A stretch of DNA of 62,054 nucleotides, counting the filler, from Platydemus manokwari (taxonomy: Eukaryota), in the NCBI GenBank assembly GCA_037951405.1. It is 6 parts of 6 records of this genome, joined end to end, with 100 filler letters (N's around TTAATTAATTAA, not from the genome) between each part and the next. Parts side by side here need not be neighbours in the genome. Positions count along the whole stretch, not along the records: positions 1 to 10,784 come from JBBMOY011105887.1; positions 10,885 to 20,522 come from JBBMOY011223766.1; 4 more parts are not named here. One strand, 5' to 3'. The translations under genes were made by a program, and so were the position numbers. Under the pieces are notes generated by a model. It ran no database searches. It was not told the origin of the DNA and saw only the letters and a list, made by a program, of their open reading frames with translations. This document shows positions 1 through 15,200 of the stretch, piece by piece. Numbering within the stretch: the stretch's first letter is position 1; each line of letters starts with the position of its first letter.

Positions 1-829
1 GATAACAATTAAATTTATTCATTGAAATACAAATTTTAACTCATTTTTGTAAAAGCCGGAATCATACTAATACACCTCATAATTATTATTAAAAAAATAA
101 TATAAATAATTATTATAATAAAAAATTATTATTATTATCATTATATTGATAATATTATTAATTTATGCTAATTTGAAACAAAAAATTCAATTTCGACAGA
201 TTCCGTAGCTATATAGTGAATGATTGCAAATGTGAAGGAAAAGCTGGCATTCTCATCCTTCAGAGAACGTTTAATCAAATAGTTGATTTTAGATAAAAAC
301 CAGCACTGATGATTATTAAGCACTGAGAAAATGGACTGTAGATAAAATCCTCAACAAAATCATCAATGGATCAATAAGCAATGCTCATAAATAACAATAA
401 TAACAATTATAATTATAATAATAATTATTATTATGTAATAATAATAGCATCACTTCAAATGAATTCGGCAATTTAACAAATATATAATCCTCTCAAATCA
501 GGAGATTATCTTTGAAAAACGTTTTATTTAATTTATAATTTAACAGCCTTTATTTTAATCTCAAAATATTATATGGGAATTTCAGAACAAAATTTTATTT
601 ATATTAAAGATGTTTCTAATTGATAGAAGCTAATTATATTATTTGGTTAATTAATTAGATTGTTCTATTTATTATCATTAAAATTATTAGATTTTAAAAT
701 TATCGCCTAGTGAAATATCAATTCTCAAAATCCAACAAATTCATTTAATAATTTTCCAGGATTTTACAATGATGGTGATGATTTACTATAAATGAATTTA
801 AAAGACTTCATTATCTAATTATGAAAAAA

Positions 830-2080
830 TCCACTGAAACGATGATGCTGCCGATGTTATGTTGACGCAGAGTTGCTGATACATGTGCGACAATCATGTG
901 TGCCATACATGACACTTGTTGTTCAGAGACAAAATGAATGTTGAAGACTGGTTCACCAGTTTCTAAATTCACCCGATTTGATAGTTAATGTAAACGAAAC
1001 AATGTCTTATCTTAAAGGATTTAACACTTTCAAAACTTAGAGTTGGCCTTTATACATGGTACAGTTTGAATCGTCAATTATTCCTGGTGGATTTCAGATC
1101 CCCACTCGACGAAGAGCTTCTCATGGAACAGATTTACTAGCGGGATATGGCCCATTATGCTCCATTTAATGAAATGATAATGCGGTACAAACCTCACTGT
1201 ACTGTGACTATTCATACGATCATTCTGAGGTCATTGAGCTCAGTTTCACAGAAAAATTTTGAATATTCTCAAAGTTATTGGAATCTCAGACAACAAAATC
1301 AAGAAACTGGCCAAACTGCTCTCTGCCTCGAATATTCGACATTCTGCTTGGATTCGGCATCATCGTCCAACGGTGGTGCTTCTTAAAGAGAAGGATGCGT
1401 CAGACCTACAATTTAGAAGAAATTCCCAACTTCAAGCTCCTGCAAAACGCAAGTCAGTGGTCAAGCTCACTAAGCACTCGTGTAAACTCTTGTAACCTAA
1501 AATTATATGATATCTGAGCTTTAATGGAAAACTGGAGATGATAAACCAATCTCATCGTTCTTCATGTACTCTGTCAAAACAGAAGACCATGATCAAGTTC
1601 TAACAGTTCAAACTGTAGTCTCTCTTGATGATCAATGATGCCCTTCAATGACCTCAATCCAGAGTTTATACCAAGACTTCCAAATTCGGATAAACCGTTG
1701 TGATTTAGATTTGAGGATTTATATTCTTTGGATAATATTTATTTAGCTAAATTACAATCAACAGATTCGATGCCATTCAAAGTTGCAGATTAGTCAGTCT
1801 CAATAATTCCAATAATGATCTGTGAGAACAACTGCAGTCAAACCCCTGGATAAAACAGAGCACAATTTCCAGAATTCCCGAAGAATCTGACTTTGTCAAC
1901 TCCGACTCTACAGCAAAACACTGACTGATAATTGATCAAATCGTTACCACTCTCTAGTTCTTGGTCCAAACAAAAGGTGGTGATTCAGAGCCGATGATCA
2001 TAATTAACAATATAGTGCATAGAGGAATTCTCAATTCAACTTCAAAGAAGTGGAACGAGTAGTATGCTCTTGTTTAGTGA
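830..2080 (+). mobile_element. Degenerate 3' part of an RLE-type non-LTR retrotransposon (CCHC knuckle, restriction-like endonuclease, downstream extension)
   Basis: Broken frames give CCRCYVDAELLIHVRQSC (knuckle), PDLIVN...LFLVDF.IP (PD..D motif) and LNILKVIGISDNKIKKLAKLL (RLE C-terminus). Clearly homologous to 35600-36580. Confidence 0.7.
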
Positions 2081-4078
2081 TCTTTTCTTTCTGGTAGTCT
2101 GAAATTAGTGGCCTTCTAGATTCCTAGATCAAAGCTTTTGATTGGCTCATCTCGATTCTCGTTAAAGGTCCTGCTTTGTGTTCATGCAACCCTCAATCTT
2201 CTGACTAGTTGAAGCTTCCAAATATTCTACATATTATGCTTAATAATAAATCTTCCCTTTAAAAAATAATAGGGGCTTAAATTGCGACCACTCATTCGGT
2301 TTTGTTTCTGACAGAAAGTTTAGAAGAAAAGGAGAAAAATATGAAAAAGATTTGGAATGATGAGGTTAAATTGGATGGCAATTGTTGGAGCCCGGCGCAG
2401 CTCAATAACATTGTATAAATTCTTTTCCAATAAAAACTTAGTCTATGAATAACATTTCCTCAATTCTATTTCAAATTTATTTTCATCCTTCAATCTATTC
2501 CCTTATTCTGTTATCAGAAAACCTGGATTCTAGCCAAATCATATCAAATCCAGAATTTACAATGAACGAACAAACCTGATTTTTATTGATTGACTGATTT
2601 AATTGATTCTGTGTTTAATAAATGAGAAGTTGATTTTATTGCTGATGAATTTGATCACATTTTTATCTATCAAAAATTTATATTTTATGTTAAAAGAGAA
2701 GATCAGGATTGAATGGATTACAATGTAGAGTATAAAATAAGATTTTAATAAATACTAAATTAAATTATTAATAAAAACGGTAAGTATTAAATAATAAAAT
2801 AAATTAATGATAAAAATTTCGATAACTTTATAATAACTAAAATGATGGGAAATAATAATTCAACCAGAATATTCCCACTATTGAAAAAAATGAAATTCGT
2901 TAGAAAATCCGTAGTTATTGAAATAATTTGTGGCAACTCAGGTAGAATAGGACTATAAATATTAATCCGTAATTTACAATCACACAATAATAAGTCTTAA
3001 CTATCGACATGGATCACAAGTCAGTTTTGTAAAATTATTTCTGAATTTGATTATAATTCGGATTTTTTTTTCTTTTACAGTTGCAAGGAGAATTAATAAT
3101 GATCGCTTATGCATTATTGTTTTCCATTTAAAAGCTATAACAACACTATTAATTAAATATTGTTTGCCAGTGTGTTTCAACTCAATTTATCTTCCTCATA
3201 TTCACCGTTCATTTGCATTACCGGTAACTCACTTTTATGGCGCATCGGGTATTGTAAAAGAATTATCTTCTCTTTTACAGTTCGATCTTTCGATTTCAAA
3301 AAATTAACATTAATAAAATCTATTTTTATGTATCATAGTTGAATTTCATAGTCATTTATATAAACTATTATATTATTTATTGAATCGATAATAAGTCAAT
3401 TGAATAATATTGAGTCTCATAACGCGTCATTAACTCGATTTTGCTTAGTTATTACAATCAATCGAATGATACAAGCTATATTCAATCTTAGTTACATTCA
3501 AAAGCTCTAAATTAAAAATTGGTAAATATATTAAAAAAAATAAATAGAAACGTGAAGCATTATTCCACGGTGCTACTAAAAATTGTGCAACTTAGAGTAT
3601 TGTACCATTGTTAGTCTCAACATCCGATTAACCGATTGAACAGCTCTTTATAGTCACCTAGGATAAAACATGGAATTCATAAATTCATAATTCACTTATT
3701 GGTCAACTTAAAACCATTTTCACTTTATTCAACTTCATTATGATTTACTGTTTTGCATTGTTTAGCACACCAGGACGACATTCTTAATTTTCTTAATATT
3801 TGTGAAATTTTAATTTTGTAAAATAAATTTTGATACTTAAAGATTCTCGTTTTCTCATAAATAACTACATCATACTAAGCAAATTTTATCTGTAATATTC
3901 TTCAAATAATTGAATATGTAGACTTCCTCACCTGAAAAAGCTTTTAATGAAATGAATCATGAAACATGAGATTTTAATATTACGATATTTGTTTAAATAT
4001 TCAAACTAGTAATCATGAAAAAATGTATATTTAAATTTTTAATTTTTATATTTCATATTTGACTAATTTATTATCTAG

Positions 4079-5252
4079 CATTTGTAGGGAAAAAATCAGA
4101 AGAAAAAGTTAAAAATTCATTGGTAAGATAATAAGATATATTTTAAGATATTTGATGTTTGAATTCAATTTTAAGATTAAAAAACCTGGTTACAAGTAAG
4201 CTAACTTAACTAGTTTCTCGGAGCCTATAACGGATTTAGAAAGGCATCACAAAAGTTGGACTTGTGGTTTAATGACATAGATGATGCGGCAGTATTAGAT
4301 TCCATTGAAAACGATCAATGTTCAGCGCGAAGTTTAGTGAAACCGAATTCATACAAAGGGTGAATAAATATTTATTAATTATTTTACAGTGAAAGATTTA
4401 TTAATTATATTGAATCTGAAATCGTTTTAGGCCAACAGAAGTGATAGCTATTGATTGTGAATTTGTCGGAACAGGTTGGGAAGGTAAGAACAGCATGTTA
4501 GCTCGAGTATCAGTTGTTAATGAAAATGGGCACGTTTTGCTGGATAGCTATGTTAAGCCTGTCGAAAAAGTTGTCGATTACCGAACACAGGTTTCTGGAA
4601 TTTTACCAGAACATTTGAAATCCGATTTAGCTTTGGATTTGAAAACCGTCTGTGAGAAAACTGCTAAGTTGATGAAAGATCGAATTGTAGTTGGACATGC
4701 TATTACTAATGATTTGAAAGTAATACATGCGTTGGTTTTTGTTTTAATCATTCATTTATTCATAAAAATAATTTGTGGTTAATTTAAATTTAATGAGAAT
4801 AATGGTGCTTTAATAAATTTTGATTTATTTAATAATCGTTAATTAATGACACGTTCCGCTTCAATGATATTTTTATTCTAATATTGAGATTCGTTGATTT
4901 ATCACCCTAATAGGCATTGTTTCTTGACCATCCTCGGAAAATGATTCGCGACACAAGTAAATTTAAGCTGTTCGTAAAAGAAGCCAATGGTCGAACGCCC
5001 GGATTAAGAATGCTTTCGAAGAAGTTGTTGGGAATCGATATCCAAGACGGTGAACACGATTCTGTAATCGATGCCAGAGCTACGATGAGACTTTATCAGC
5101 ATGTGAAGCATCAATGGGAGAAATCGTTGGTGACGAAAAAAGTCGCTGGTGTTGTTGAAACACCGAAATTGACGAGTAAAGAAAAGCACGCCAGATTCGT
5201 TCAAAGGAGAAAAGCTTTGGCGGCTCGATTGAAAGGGAGAGAGGATAAATAA
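4079..5252 (+). CDS. REXO4: RNA exonuclease 4 (DEDDh exonuclease), multi-exon; 5' end unresolved
   Basis: Exons ~4240-4359 (LWFNDIDD...SLVKP), 4431-4719 (IAIDCEFVG, ARVSVVN, DYRTQVSGI, VGHAITNDLK) and 4914-5252 (RDTSKF, HDSVIDARATM) with GT-AG introns that join in frame. Small upstream exons probable at ~4079-4122 and 4176-4195. Confidence 0.9.
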
Positions 5253-8200
5253 AACCGTTTTGTCTTATTATTGTCGTTGCGTAATAACGTGTTTGGGGAG
5301 TGATTGATTGATATTTTACATTTTTTATTAATTCGAATCCAATTGATTCTTCGGGATGATTTCTGCTTGTGAATTATTTGATGTCATTGTGAGGCTGTAC
5401 AGATTTTATTACAACCGTAGGTCCAAATATAAGCAGACCGCTGTTTCTTATTGATGTTCGAAGACGCAATTTGTGTTGGGACTGCTACAGTGTTTTACAA
5501 AAACGATCACGAGATGTGTGTTTGAATATTCCAGTAAGCTAAGAGGCATTAAAATATACGAGATAATCGCCGGCATGCGATTTTTTCAAAACTAATCCAT
5601 GAGTTTTTGGTTAATTTAAATAAATATAAGGTGTCCAGCAAATTTGGATAGGCGAGAATAAGCGCTTGTTGAAGAGGGACGAGAAGAATCCTGTGATATT
5701 TGCCTTGCCACTATGTGGTGATGGTGTCGGATACTGTCTGACTTGTATTATAAAAAATTGTGTTTTATCAATAAATATTTGTACATTGGCATAAATGTTG
5801 ATGAAAGATTCTCAATAACGATTAAACAGTTTAGCTCAATCCACAACATTTTAAAACCCAGTGTAGAGTTATCTTGTTGAGAATGCAATAACTAATTTGA
5901 ATTCTTACATATTTTAATGTAACGATTTTTTTTAATGATGAATTATTATTTATCCAAACAGAGCAATCCTTTTTGCTGGTTACTTATTGGCTTAAATTAT
6001 TTAACAAATAAAATTGGCTTTCATTAAAAGATAATTATATTATTAAATTCGTTTCTAAATTTTAATCGATTTTTTCTCCTATGATTTGCCCTTTTATGCT
6101 AATTTATTTTTAGCTTCAATCATTCCTGGTACATTGTACTATTTATATTTAATATTTTGTAAACTAAAATTATAAATAAATACATGCTTATATATCATGT
6201 ATACATGGAATAATTTACAAAATCATCGTTATCGAAAACAGTCAAATATCAAATAGTTTGTCAGCGAAAAATAAGAAATAAGTATTTGTAAATTATATTT
6301 TATTGGTTGGGCATAATCTCAATTGGGATTTATGTTGTCTCCTTGATCGGTTTTTTTAATATTCTTATCAGCGTCCTATCGCATTTAGATCCATACTAGG
6401 TGTTCTCTCTTCTCCTCCGGATTTTTTGAGTCTCTTTTTCTTATTTTCTACTCGACCTACACTTTTTCTTTTAAAATTTTCTGTTTTGATTAGTCCTACT
6501 ATTTCCGATTTTCATTGGCTATACTTTTCCAATCATTTCTTTCATTTGTTAATGCATACTTGTTGTTGATGTTTTGTATCTTGCCAATTCTGTTTCAGCA
6601 TTATTTTTCTTCCATTGTTCGTAGGACCTTCTCATCTTCTGTTTCCCAGTCGCAATACAACATTAAACTGCCAATTAACTCTTCTTTGTTTTTAGAATTT
6701 TTAGATTTTGGCTTCATCATTAAAATTATATTAAACTGATTTCGTAACCTTGAGGATATGCTTCGATAGGTTAATGAATAAATTCAATTCAAATAAAGAC
6801 ATCTGAAATAAAATGTTGCTTAGGACATTAAATTAAACCAACAAGATAATAAAATCACGACCGAACTGATAATGTTGACGTCTTTTTGATTACTAGAACT
6901 GCAAATATTTATATGTTAAAGCTTGTTACTTATAATATTAGTTTTACTTCGGCTATACTGGTTCTAACAATGCAGAATTCGAATGATTTTAGAAAATAAA
7001 ACGAGGCAATAAATGACAAAATATCAACAACAGAATTCTTCTCCTATAAGCTTCTCAAATAAGACCATTCTATACCTGCAAAATTTAGCTTTACATTAAT
7101 CTGTAAGTGGTTAATCTCGAAATGGATTAGTTTACCAACTGAGGTAAGTACGCTTTAAGTTGATTTCACGTGACTTTATATATTGTTATCATAAGGGAAA
7201 CCATGAATATTTATATTGATTGTTTTCAATATTATTCTCACTTATTTCCCATAAAATATTGAGAGTTGTATAACAATACATTCAAAGAGTTATTTCAAAT
7301 AATCATGTATTACTCGTCCATGTTATACTATTGAAGGAAAAATATAATGAATCATTTATTCAAGAATTAATAATTTGTTATTACCAATATATAATGAAAA
7401 TACAGTCAACTATAATTTTATTCAAAGTCAAATATCGATGCAACTGTTTATTGTGAATATACTTTGTTAAATAGAATCGAAATTGAATTTGTTTCTCTCA
7501 GCTTCGTCAAAGTTTTTACTTTTTCAAGTCAATATTTCTTTGTTTTTTAGAATTAACAAGTTTTGGAATTATCGGCTTAATGGAGCCTGCTTGTTAAGGC
7601 TGGAGTTCAACAGCTTTTAACAGCAGAAACATAAATGAAAATGCAGAAATTTATTATCAAGCTTATTTGCAAATAACGACCACGTATAATTTTTATGATT
7701 AGATATTTAAAAAATATTATTAATTATTACTTGATTACGTAGCCATTACATTTTAAAGGTGAAACATTGAACCGATTTGATTACTAATAAGAATGTAACA
7801 TGACCAATGTCTAGTCAAATTAACAATAATTATTAAACGAGTTAAACGGATAACATTAAAATTTTTGATAACTAAATTGAGAGAAATTATTCACTTAAAA
7901 TTTTTGTTTAAATTATGACTTGTTGTATGAAGCCATCTTGACGTTACTATGGAAACTAGATAACTCATGTAAATAATCAACAATTTATCTCAACATTTTT
8001 GATAATAAATATCAAAATTTATCAAACTTATGGTATCAAATTTCCGATTAATTATATTTTCATTTAATATAAGTAAATAATATATTACGATGTTAACTAT
8101 TAACATCAAAACTAAACATAACGATCAAATAGCAAATAAAAGCCCGGGTATTTCATTATATTCCAAACAATTCAAATTAAATACTAAGAAAAATACAAAA

Positions 8201-8630
8201 AATGAATTTTTAGAAATTTCAATAAAAGAAAATTTAAGAACAAATATCAATATATAAATATATATGTATTCACAATCATTCATTTCTAATTGCCCATCAG
8301 AAAATATAGTTTTTCCCATTCATGAAAATCCAAACCAAATAAAAATACAATAAAAAAAACAAATATTATTCCAATATTTTCCCAATCATTGAATAATCAA
8401 TAATAAGTAATAATCGATGATCATTATTCGAATGAAATTGAATACCAAATTGTAAAAACAGATAAAAATTTTTTACAAACAAAAAATCAATCAAATATTG
8501 ATCTGCATATCGAGTTGGTAGAAAAAATATTATTATTATAAGATATATATGTTTGTATTTTATTTTTAATAAATGCGTATTTGCCAATCAGAATCCGATT
8601 ATTTTTGTTGCTGTGTTGAATAATTATTGA

Positions 8631-10521
8631 TCAAATATGTTTCGACAATCCCCAAGATTCTTCTTCGTCAGGCTTGGCGAATGGAGAAATGGGTGCATAT
8701 TCACCATTGATGGTGACATTGGTTTGTAAAAAGGAAAAGTTCGGTTGGGGAGTATTGGTATTGAATGTATCACCAGCCGACCAGGAAACCTGATTTTTGA
8801 CGGGACTGTTTTGGATATCGGCTGCTGCAACCACCGAAGTTGGCTGTTGATTGTAATCCATTGCATTATCCGATTGACTATTGTTGCTAGCATCTGAATA
8901 TGAAAAATAGAATAATCAAATCATTTCGTTTACAAAGAAAACATTTTTGTTTATTCGCTCTAATTATTGATTTTCATTTGTTAAAACAAAACATACACAA
9001 ATTGAAATAATTTTCCGTTGGTGGCTTGGTTTGATTTCCTGGCGGTTGTTGGACAGGCTGGCCCGTGTATCTGAAATAAGGGTTTTTCAAATCCAAACTG
9101 TTGGAAACTTTGCATGACGTTCCTGGCAGTGACAATTCAATATCGACATCATATGATTGTCTAGCATTGGCATTCATTGTCATTCGACCATGAACGCTTT
9201 GACCTTCATAAACGAACAAAGGCGTGACGAAGAGACATCGAACCTGATACCAGTGGGTTAGAGGTTCGGTTGGTGCTGTGGAAAGCCAGATTTCCTTCAT
9301 GCTTCCCAAGAATCCCACATCGAACCAAATAGCCAATCCATGACAACATCCAGTTTGGTGGAAAGTAAATTTCAATGGAATGTCGATAGAATGGAGATCT
9401 TCTTCTTGAACGGTTCGAAAATCGACACGATGGGCCAGAGGCTGTGACATACAAATTCCAATATCGAAAGTATCAACGATAGGTTGACTGAAGTTCTCCT
9501 TGTTTGCCGATTCACGAACGCTGGACAAATCGACTCCATGGAAAGCTTGTTGATACCAAAAGTTGGCTTTACTGGCTTGCTCCATGTAAAGAGCTTCGTC
9601 GGAAAATGGTGCTATATACAAATTGGCAACAGTTGGGTACATAAGACATGGGATATTAGGTTTAAGAAACTTTCTGGCATGGACGTACGTTTCCAACATT
9701 CTCTCATTGAACAGCATATAGCCCATCGGTTCTGAAATCAAAATGTCCACGGGTTCAGGAATTGTCACCTCTTCGATTTTGCCACTGACAACAATTATTT
9801 TGCCAGCCAATTTATTATTTTGAACCAATTGTTCACAAAACTTGGCCATATTGCTTGCTTCGACTGCATAGACTTTTTTAGCACCAGCTTGAGCAGCAAA
9901 GAAACTCAAAATCCCCGAACCAGCTCCGACATCAAGAACGACTTTATTACGAAAATCGACACAGTTGCTCAAAACTGCTCGTTGATATGTCGCTGTTCTC
10001 ACATAATCTTGCATCATATTTTGTTGTTGGCTTAAATAACTGTAAAACTGAAAATATTGAGTAGCGGACCATTTTTCAGTTCGATTATCAAATTGATTAA
10101 TACATTCCTTCTTATCTTTTCCAACCAATTTACCGGTGATTTGAGAATTGTTCTTGTTATGATCCATTCGTTTAAGCATCGATATCAAATCATTTTCACT
10201 ATGAAACTCTAATAAAAAATTATTCATTTCGCAATTACCAATTCTTCGCATTTCTGTCTCAATCATCAGTTGATTACTTGATAATTTCCAAGAATTTAAT
10301 TTATTTAAATTTAATCTAACATTAAGAGTATCACCAGTTCTATGAATGAATCAAGTTGATAATAAATTAAATCAATAAAAAAATTACTTATTCGAAATAT
10401 ACAAAACGAGTTCACGTTGAGTGACTTCGATTTTAAGATCTACATTCTCAATTAAAATATCAAAGCATTTGGCAACTTCATTATAACGAAATAGGGATAT
10501 ATTCTCAAAACACGAGGCCAT
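8631..10521 (-). CDS. CARM1: Histone-arginine methyltransferase CARM1/PRMT4, three exons
   Basis: [61 protein letters not shown] and [10 protein letters not shown] motifs. Exons ~10521-10389, ~10340-8998 and 8893-8631 splice in frame. Confidence 0.95.
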
Positions 10522-10784
10522 TCCTAATAAAATATAATATTTTTAAAATGGCCTAAAATTGGCTTATTAAAATAAAAATTATTAATTAAAACTATTTTAA
10601 AAATAAAATAAAATTTTAAAATGAAATTTCCAATTTAACCGATTTAAAAGATTTTTACATTATATAAAATAAAATGCATAATTTTTTTTGGAAATGAAAT
10701 TAATATTACAAAATTTTAATATTGATAAATTAAAGAAGATTTATAACCATTGATTGCCTAGAACTGTAACTTTGGCCGAGATTG

Positions 10785-10884
10785 NNNNNNNNNNNNNNNN
10801 NNNNNNNNNNNNNNNNNNNNNNNNNNNNTTAATTAATTAANNNNNNNNNNNNNNNNNNNNNNNNNNNNNNNNNNNNNNNNNNNN
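10785..10884. other. Artificial contig linker (N44-TTAATTAATTAA-N44)
   Basis: Identical 100-bp six-frame-stop spacer occurs five times in the window. Confidence 0.97.
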
Positions 10885-12207
10885 AAAAATTCAAAATGTT
10901 TTTAACGAATATAATTAAATAAACTATATAGAATTTTGCAATACACTCAACAAATTTAAAAATTTTATTTTAGGACTCTTATTTAACATTAGCCGTATTT
11001 ATAATAGTACTGATAATGAAGAAAATATAATCATTGTAATAATTGAGTGTGATCTTTGACATTAATATTAATAATATGATAAATCAATAATAATGATATG
11101 ATAATAATAAAATTAAAACCTGATAATGACGTGTAATAATTATACTATCGATTATATCAAATTTCAAAAATGTGATCCGATACATAAATAAAAATATCAT
11201 TCAAATGTGATAAAAATAGAAAATCCTGAACCGTATAATTAAAATAGAATGTTTTGATCTAGGCACTCATAAACAGCGCCACTTTGACATGTATCTCGTT
11301 TGAAAAAATGATCGAATATAATCATCAAATGTTCCCGTTTATTATACAATTAAATATAATCCGGTGTCACATTGCTGTTTTTAATCTTAGATTTGTGTTG
11401 ATTTTCTCATTTGGTTTAAAGTAAGCCTCGATTTTAATTGAAAATCTTCGACATCATGACGTGTGCATGTTAAAAGGAAAAAATAAACAAATATCGATAT
11501 TTGGATGAATTTTTGTTTTCAATGAAAAATATAAAAATCATAAAACTGTCAATTGTAAACCCATTAAAAATGAATGAAAAACTATCTGGTAGATATACAT
11601 TAAAGTATATCATATCACGTGGTTAATTTTTACAGCCTTGCTGCTTTGTTAATCATTCATGTAATGGCTTCATTAAAGTACACAGATCTGATAATTTTAT
11701 GGTAATGATTAATTCCATTTGAGAGTTGGATAGCAAATTTTCCAAATTGTGGCCTCAATCAGAAAACAAACTAACAGATAAATTACGCTTTAGTTGTTTT
11801 TTTGTTGTCGGTGTTTTGTTTTCCTGAAAACGATTTGAGCTATTTTTATCACCAAATAAATATGTTCCCATCTCCTGTAGGAAGTGCATAGATTTGTTTA
11901 AATTTAATAACAAAACGATTAATCAATAAATGTTTTCGTTCATTTGTCGATAATGATTGAAATAGGTTTTAATGAATTTTAAATGATTGATTAGAGCACC
12001 AAAACTCCATTAGTCGAACTCTTCAATGATTCGATAATGTCGAAATATTTCATCCAGTAATTTGGTGTGGTATTCTAATTAAGAATTTCTATGTTAAGAG
12101 AGAAATTCATTGTGATAATTTTACAATTCGAATCGATATGGTTTTTTTTGTTTGGATTGATTTTATTTGATACCTTTTGTGTTCATTTATGTTTTCTAAT
12201 TTTTTAG

Positions 12208-15200
12208 ATGAACAATTACCATAATTTACAAGAAGAATTACAGAGGAAAATCAATGAAATATTCGAATTGAGAAAGTTATTGAAAAATAAAGATGATAAA
12301 ATTACGGATTTAACGAGTCAATTGGATAAATATCGATCTATTTTCAAAAATCAACTCACCGCTCCAAAATCCAACTTGTCATCAGTTCATTCGACAAATG
12401 ATCCTCGGACGCGATCCAGAGGATTGGGAATATCCGCTGAACCTCGAACCAATCAATTATTAAATGATGTCGAACTGGTTAAAATTCCCAAATCGCGCGA
12501 GTTAGATTTTTTATTGAAAATTGTGTTTGATTTCTTGTTATGAGAACTGTTAACAGAATGGTTGCTATGACATTGTATGGTATGATTGAAATAAATTGAA
12601 TTAACGTTCTCATGTAAAATTTGAATTGACTTTCCCATCAAATATTCATATCATGAACACGGTACGAAAATTTCAAAAATCACCGGCAAGACAAAGCATG
12701 ACCTTAGTCGCCTTAAACTTTTTTCCTTAAATTTATAATTCTAATACGTTAATGAATTTAGACCCCAAACCATATATCAAAAATATTTTTTTCGGTAATT
12801 TATATATATATATATATAGATTTATTAATTATTATTATTATTTATTTATTTTTTATTTATTATAATCAAATATATTTGAAATAGAATTAAATCAATAAAT
12901 TAATCAATAACTATTACCAAATTCATTTTCCGGTACAGTTTTCTGTCAATGTGAATTACGCTTGTATTTGCTGTATAAATAAATATATAGTTGAGCCCGA
13001 CAATGATTTGATAATATTCCATTAAAAAATTATATATATTATATGTAATTAGCAAGTAAAGTAAGAGCTCTTATGTGTTTTCATAATAGTTCTCGGTGTC
13101 GTTGAGAAATAAATTTGAATTTACTTTATTTTCCCTTCTGTAATAAGGGCCACATGTAAGCAGAGTTTACTGAGTCCATTGGGTGACAAAGAGATCATTT
13201 AAATCTCGACAAATAAGAGAGGTACAAGTAATCATAATATTATTAATATATAACCATTATTATATTAATTAAAATATAATTATAACGTACCAACAACTGC
13301 GTTTAATTATTTTTTTTAATAAGTTATGGTTACTTTCGGTGAAGGTTTCTTATTTGTTTATTTTGAACCCAATATGGAACACGATTTAATTATGGCATGC
13401 TTAATAGTCATAATGCTAATCATTACTTTACCTCTAAAATTTATTTATTTATTTAGGTTATCTCTTATTTAAAATACTGACTCATTGCAGTGATGGAATT
13501 TGAATTCGCGCCCATATAATAATAAAGACATATAGATATGATACATGAACACAAATAATGTGTGACATTTATTGCATTAATTGTAATGTAGTAGGAGTTT
13601 TAAAAAAAGGTCACAGCCCACGTTCTTAAGGTTTTTGGTTGAAATTGGTTTTCAAAATAGATTGATGCTGAATATTTACAGCCATCTGGTGTAGATATAC
13701 AAATGAAAAATTATAATTTTCATCACGTTACAGTTGAAGATGTAATCGAAAATCCGTTTACCATCTACTATATATTGAAAGTAATCTATTTCGTTTAATT
13801 TTGTATTGTTTGATACCCCTAAAAGTTTACTTTTTAAATTTATGATTGTATTATACCCCGTTAACAAATCTTTTTAAATTTGGATTCTTTGACATGATGG
13901 TGAAACTCTATTATGAAATTTTTAAAATATTGTTTTACAAATTGAAAAATACAGTTTTAATTTGGACTGATTACAACCAATGACAAAAACCCTCATGGTT
14001 CGAGGTGAATATAAGATGTCATTATTTGCATGAAATTTATGATTAATTTTCATCAATTAATTTTTAATAAATTATCTAAATATCTCCATTTTCTCTGGAA
14101 CCATTGAGGTAATATTAATCTAGTTTGATTCTATCAAAAAAACCTTTGAAATATCGCAAAATAAATGATTTTTCCTGTAAAATTACAAGAGCCATCGATT
14201 GGTTTATTATAAGCGTTGATCTGTAGAATAATCTCTACAATCTATGTGAAATTTGTAGATGATTTAAATCTCGTTTCTAAATCTTGAAATTATATATTGT
14301 CCCGGAGTAATCATTTGTGTAGATAATTTCTGCGAATGTGCGAAAATCAATTTCATTAATCAAAGCACTTATAGAGAATATTGAATTTTAAAATGAAACC
14401 AAATGATTAATGAGATTTTTTGTATGAATTAAATGTGAAAGCCAAAGCCATTATCTAGGAATTATTCATAGATTTACAGCTAGCTCAGGTTTCAACATCG
14501 ACGTCAGAAATTTCTGACGATGTGAGATGAATTATGATGTATCAGATCTAACCGTGACCCGGTTGATATCCATTACTTAAGTTTATCAATTTCATAATTC
14601 GAAAAACAAATAAAAATTAGTAATAGAAGTTGATTAAATATGAAAGATTTGTGATTCTTTTAGTGATTGAATGAAAGACCAAAATAATAAATAAAATTAG
14701 CAAGTCATATAATCTATTATAGCTTCTTGAAATCCTCGATTCTTTGCAGACTTTTATTAAAAATCGGCTGATAATACCGATTATGTATAACATTTTTCTA
14801 TAGAAGATTTAATTGGACTTCTTGATACAGTTCCTTAATGCAGTGGTATGCAGACCATTACCTATTATTTCAAATTTCTCTTTAACAGAAAAGCCCCACT
14901 ACCTTTTGCCAGCTCCAATTTAATGCAAATACGCAACCTTGACCTATTTCTGATATCTAGACATTTGTTCACATCATAAAAACAACTCCTTATCCGCCTC
15001 TAGGCTCATTTTTTTCAAAAAAATGAACTTTCTGACGCGTTCGGCTCTCGTTCATGACAAGGAGAGGGCCATACGTTTTTTGCAAACCCACTGGGTGATC
15101 CATCGAACTGCGGCCACTCTGCTAGACACAATTCAGGCCTACATCGCTCCCGGCTCACTCATTATTTCCGATATGTGGGCATCATACCAAGGAATTGAAA

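Noticed and set aside
6300-6720. Purine-rich, coding-like stretch on the minus strand between REXO4 and CARM1
   Set aside because: Multiple stops and no diagnostic motif. Possibly old TE debris, but unsupported.
7587-7626. Inverted repeat CTGCTTGTTAAGGCTG...CAGCTTTTAACAGCAG
   Set aside because: Single isolated hairpin with no second copy or TSD to support a function.
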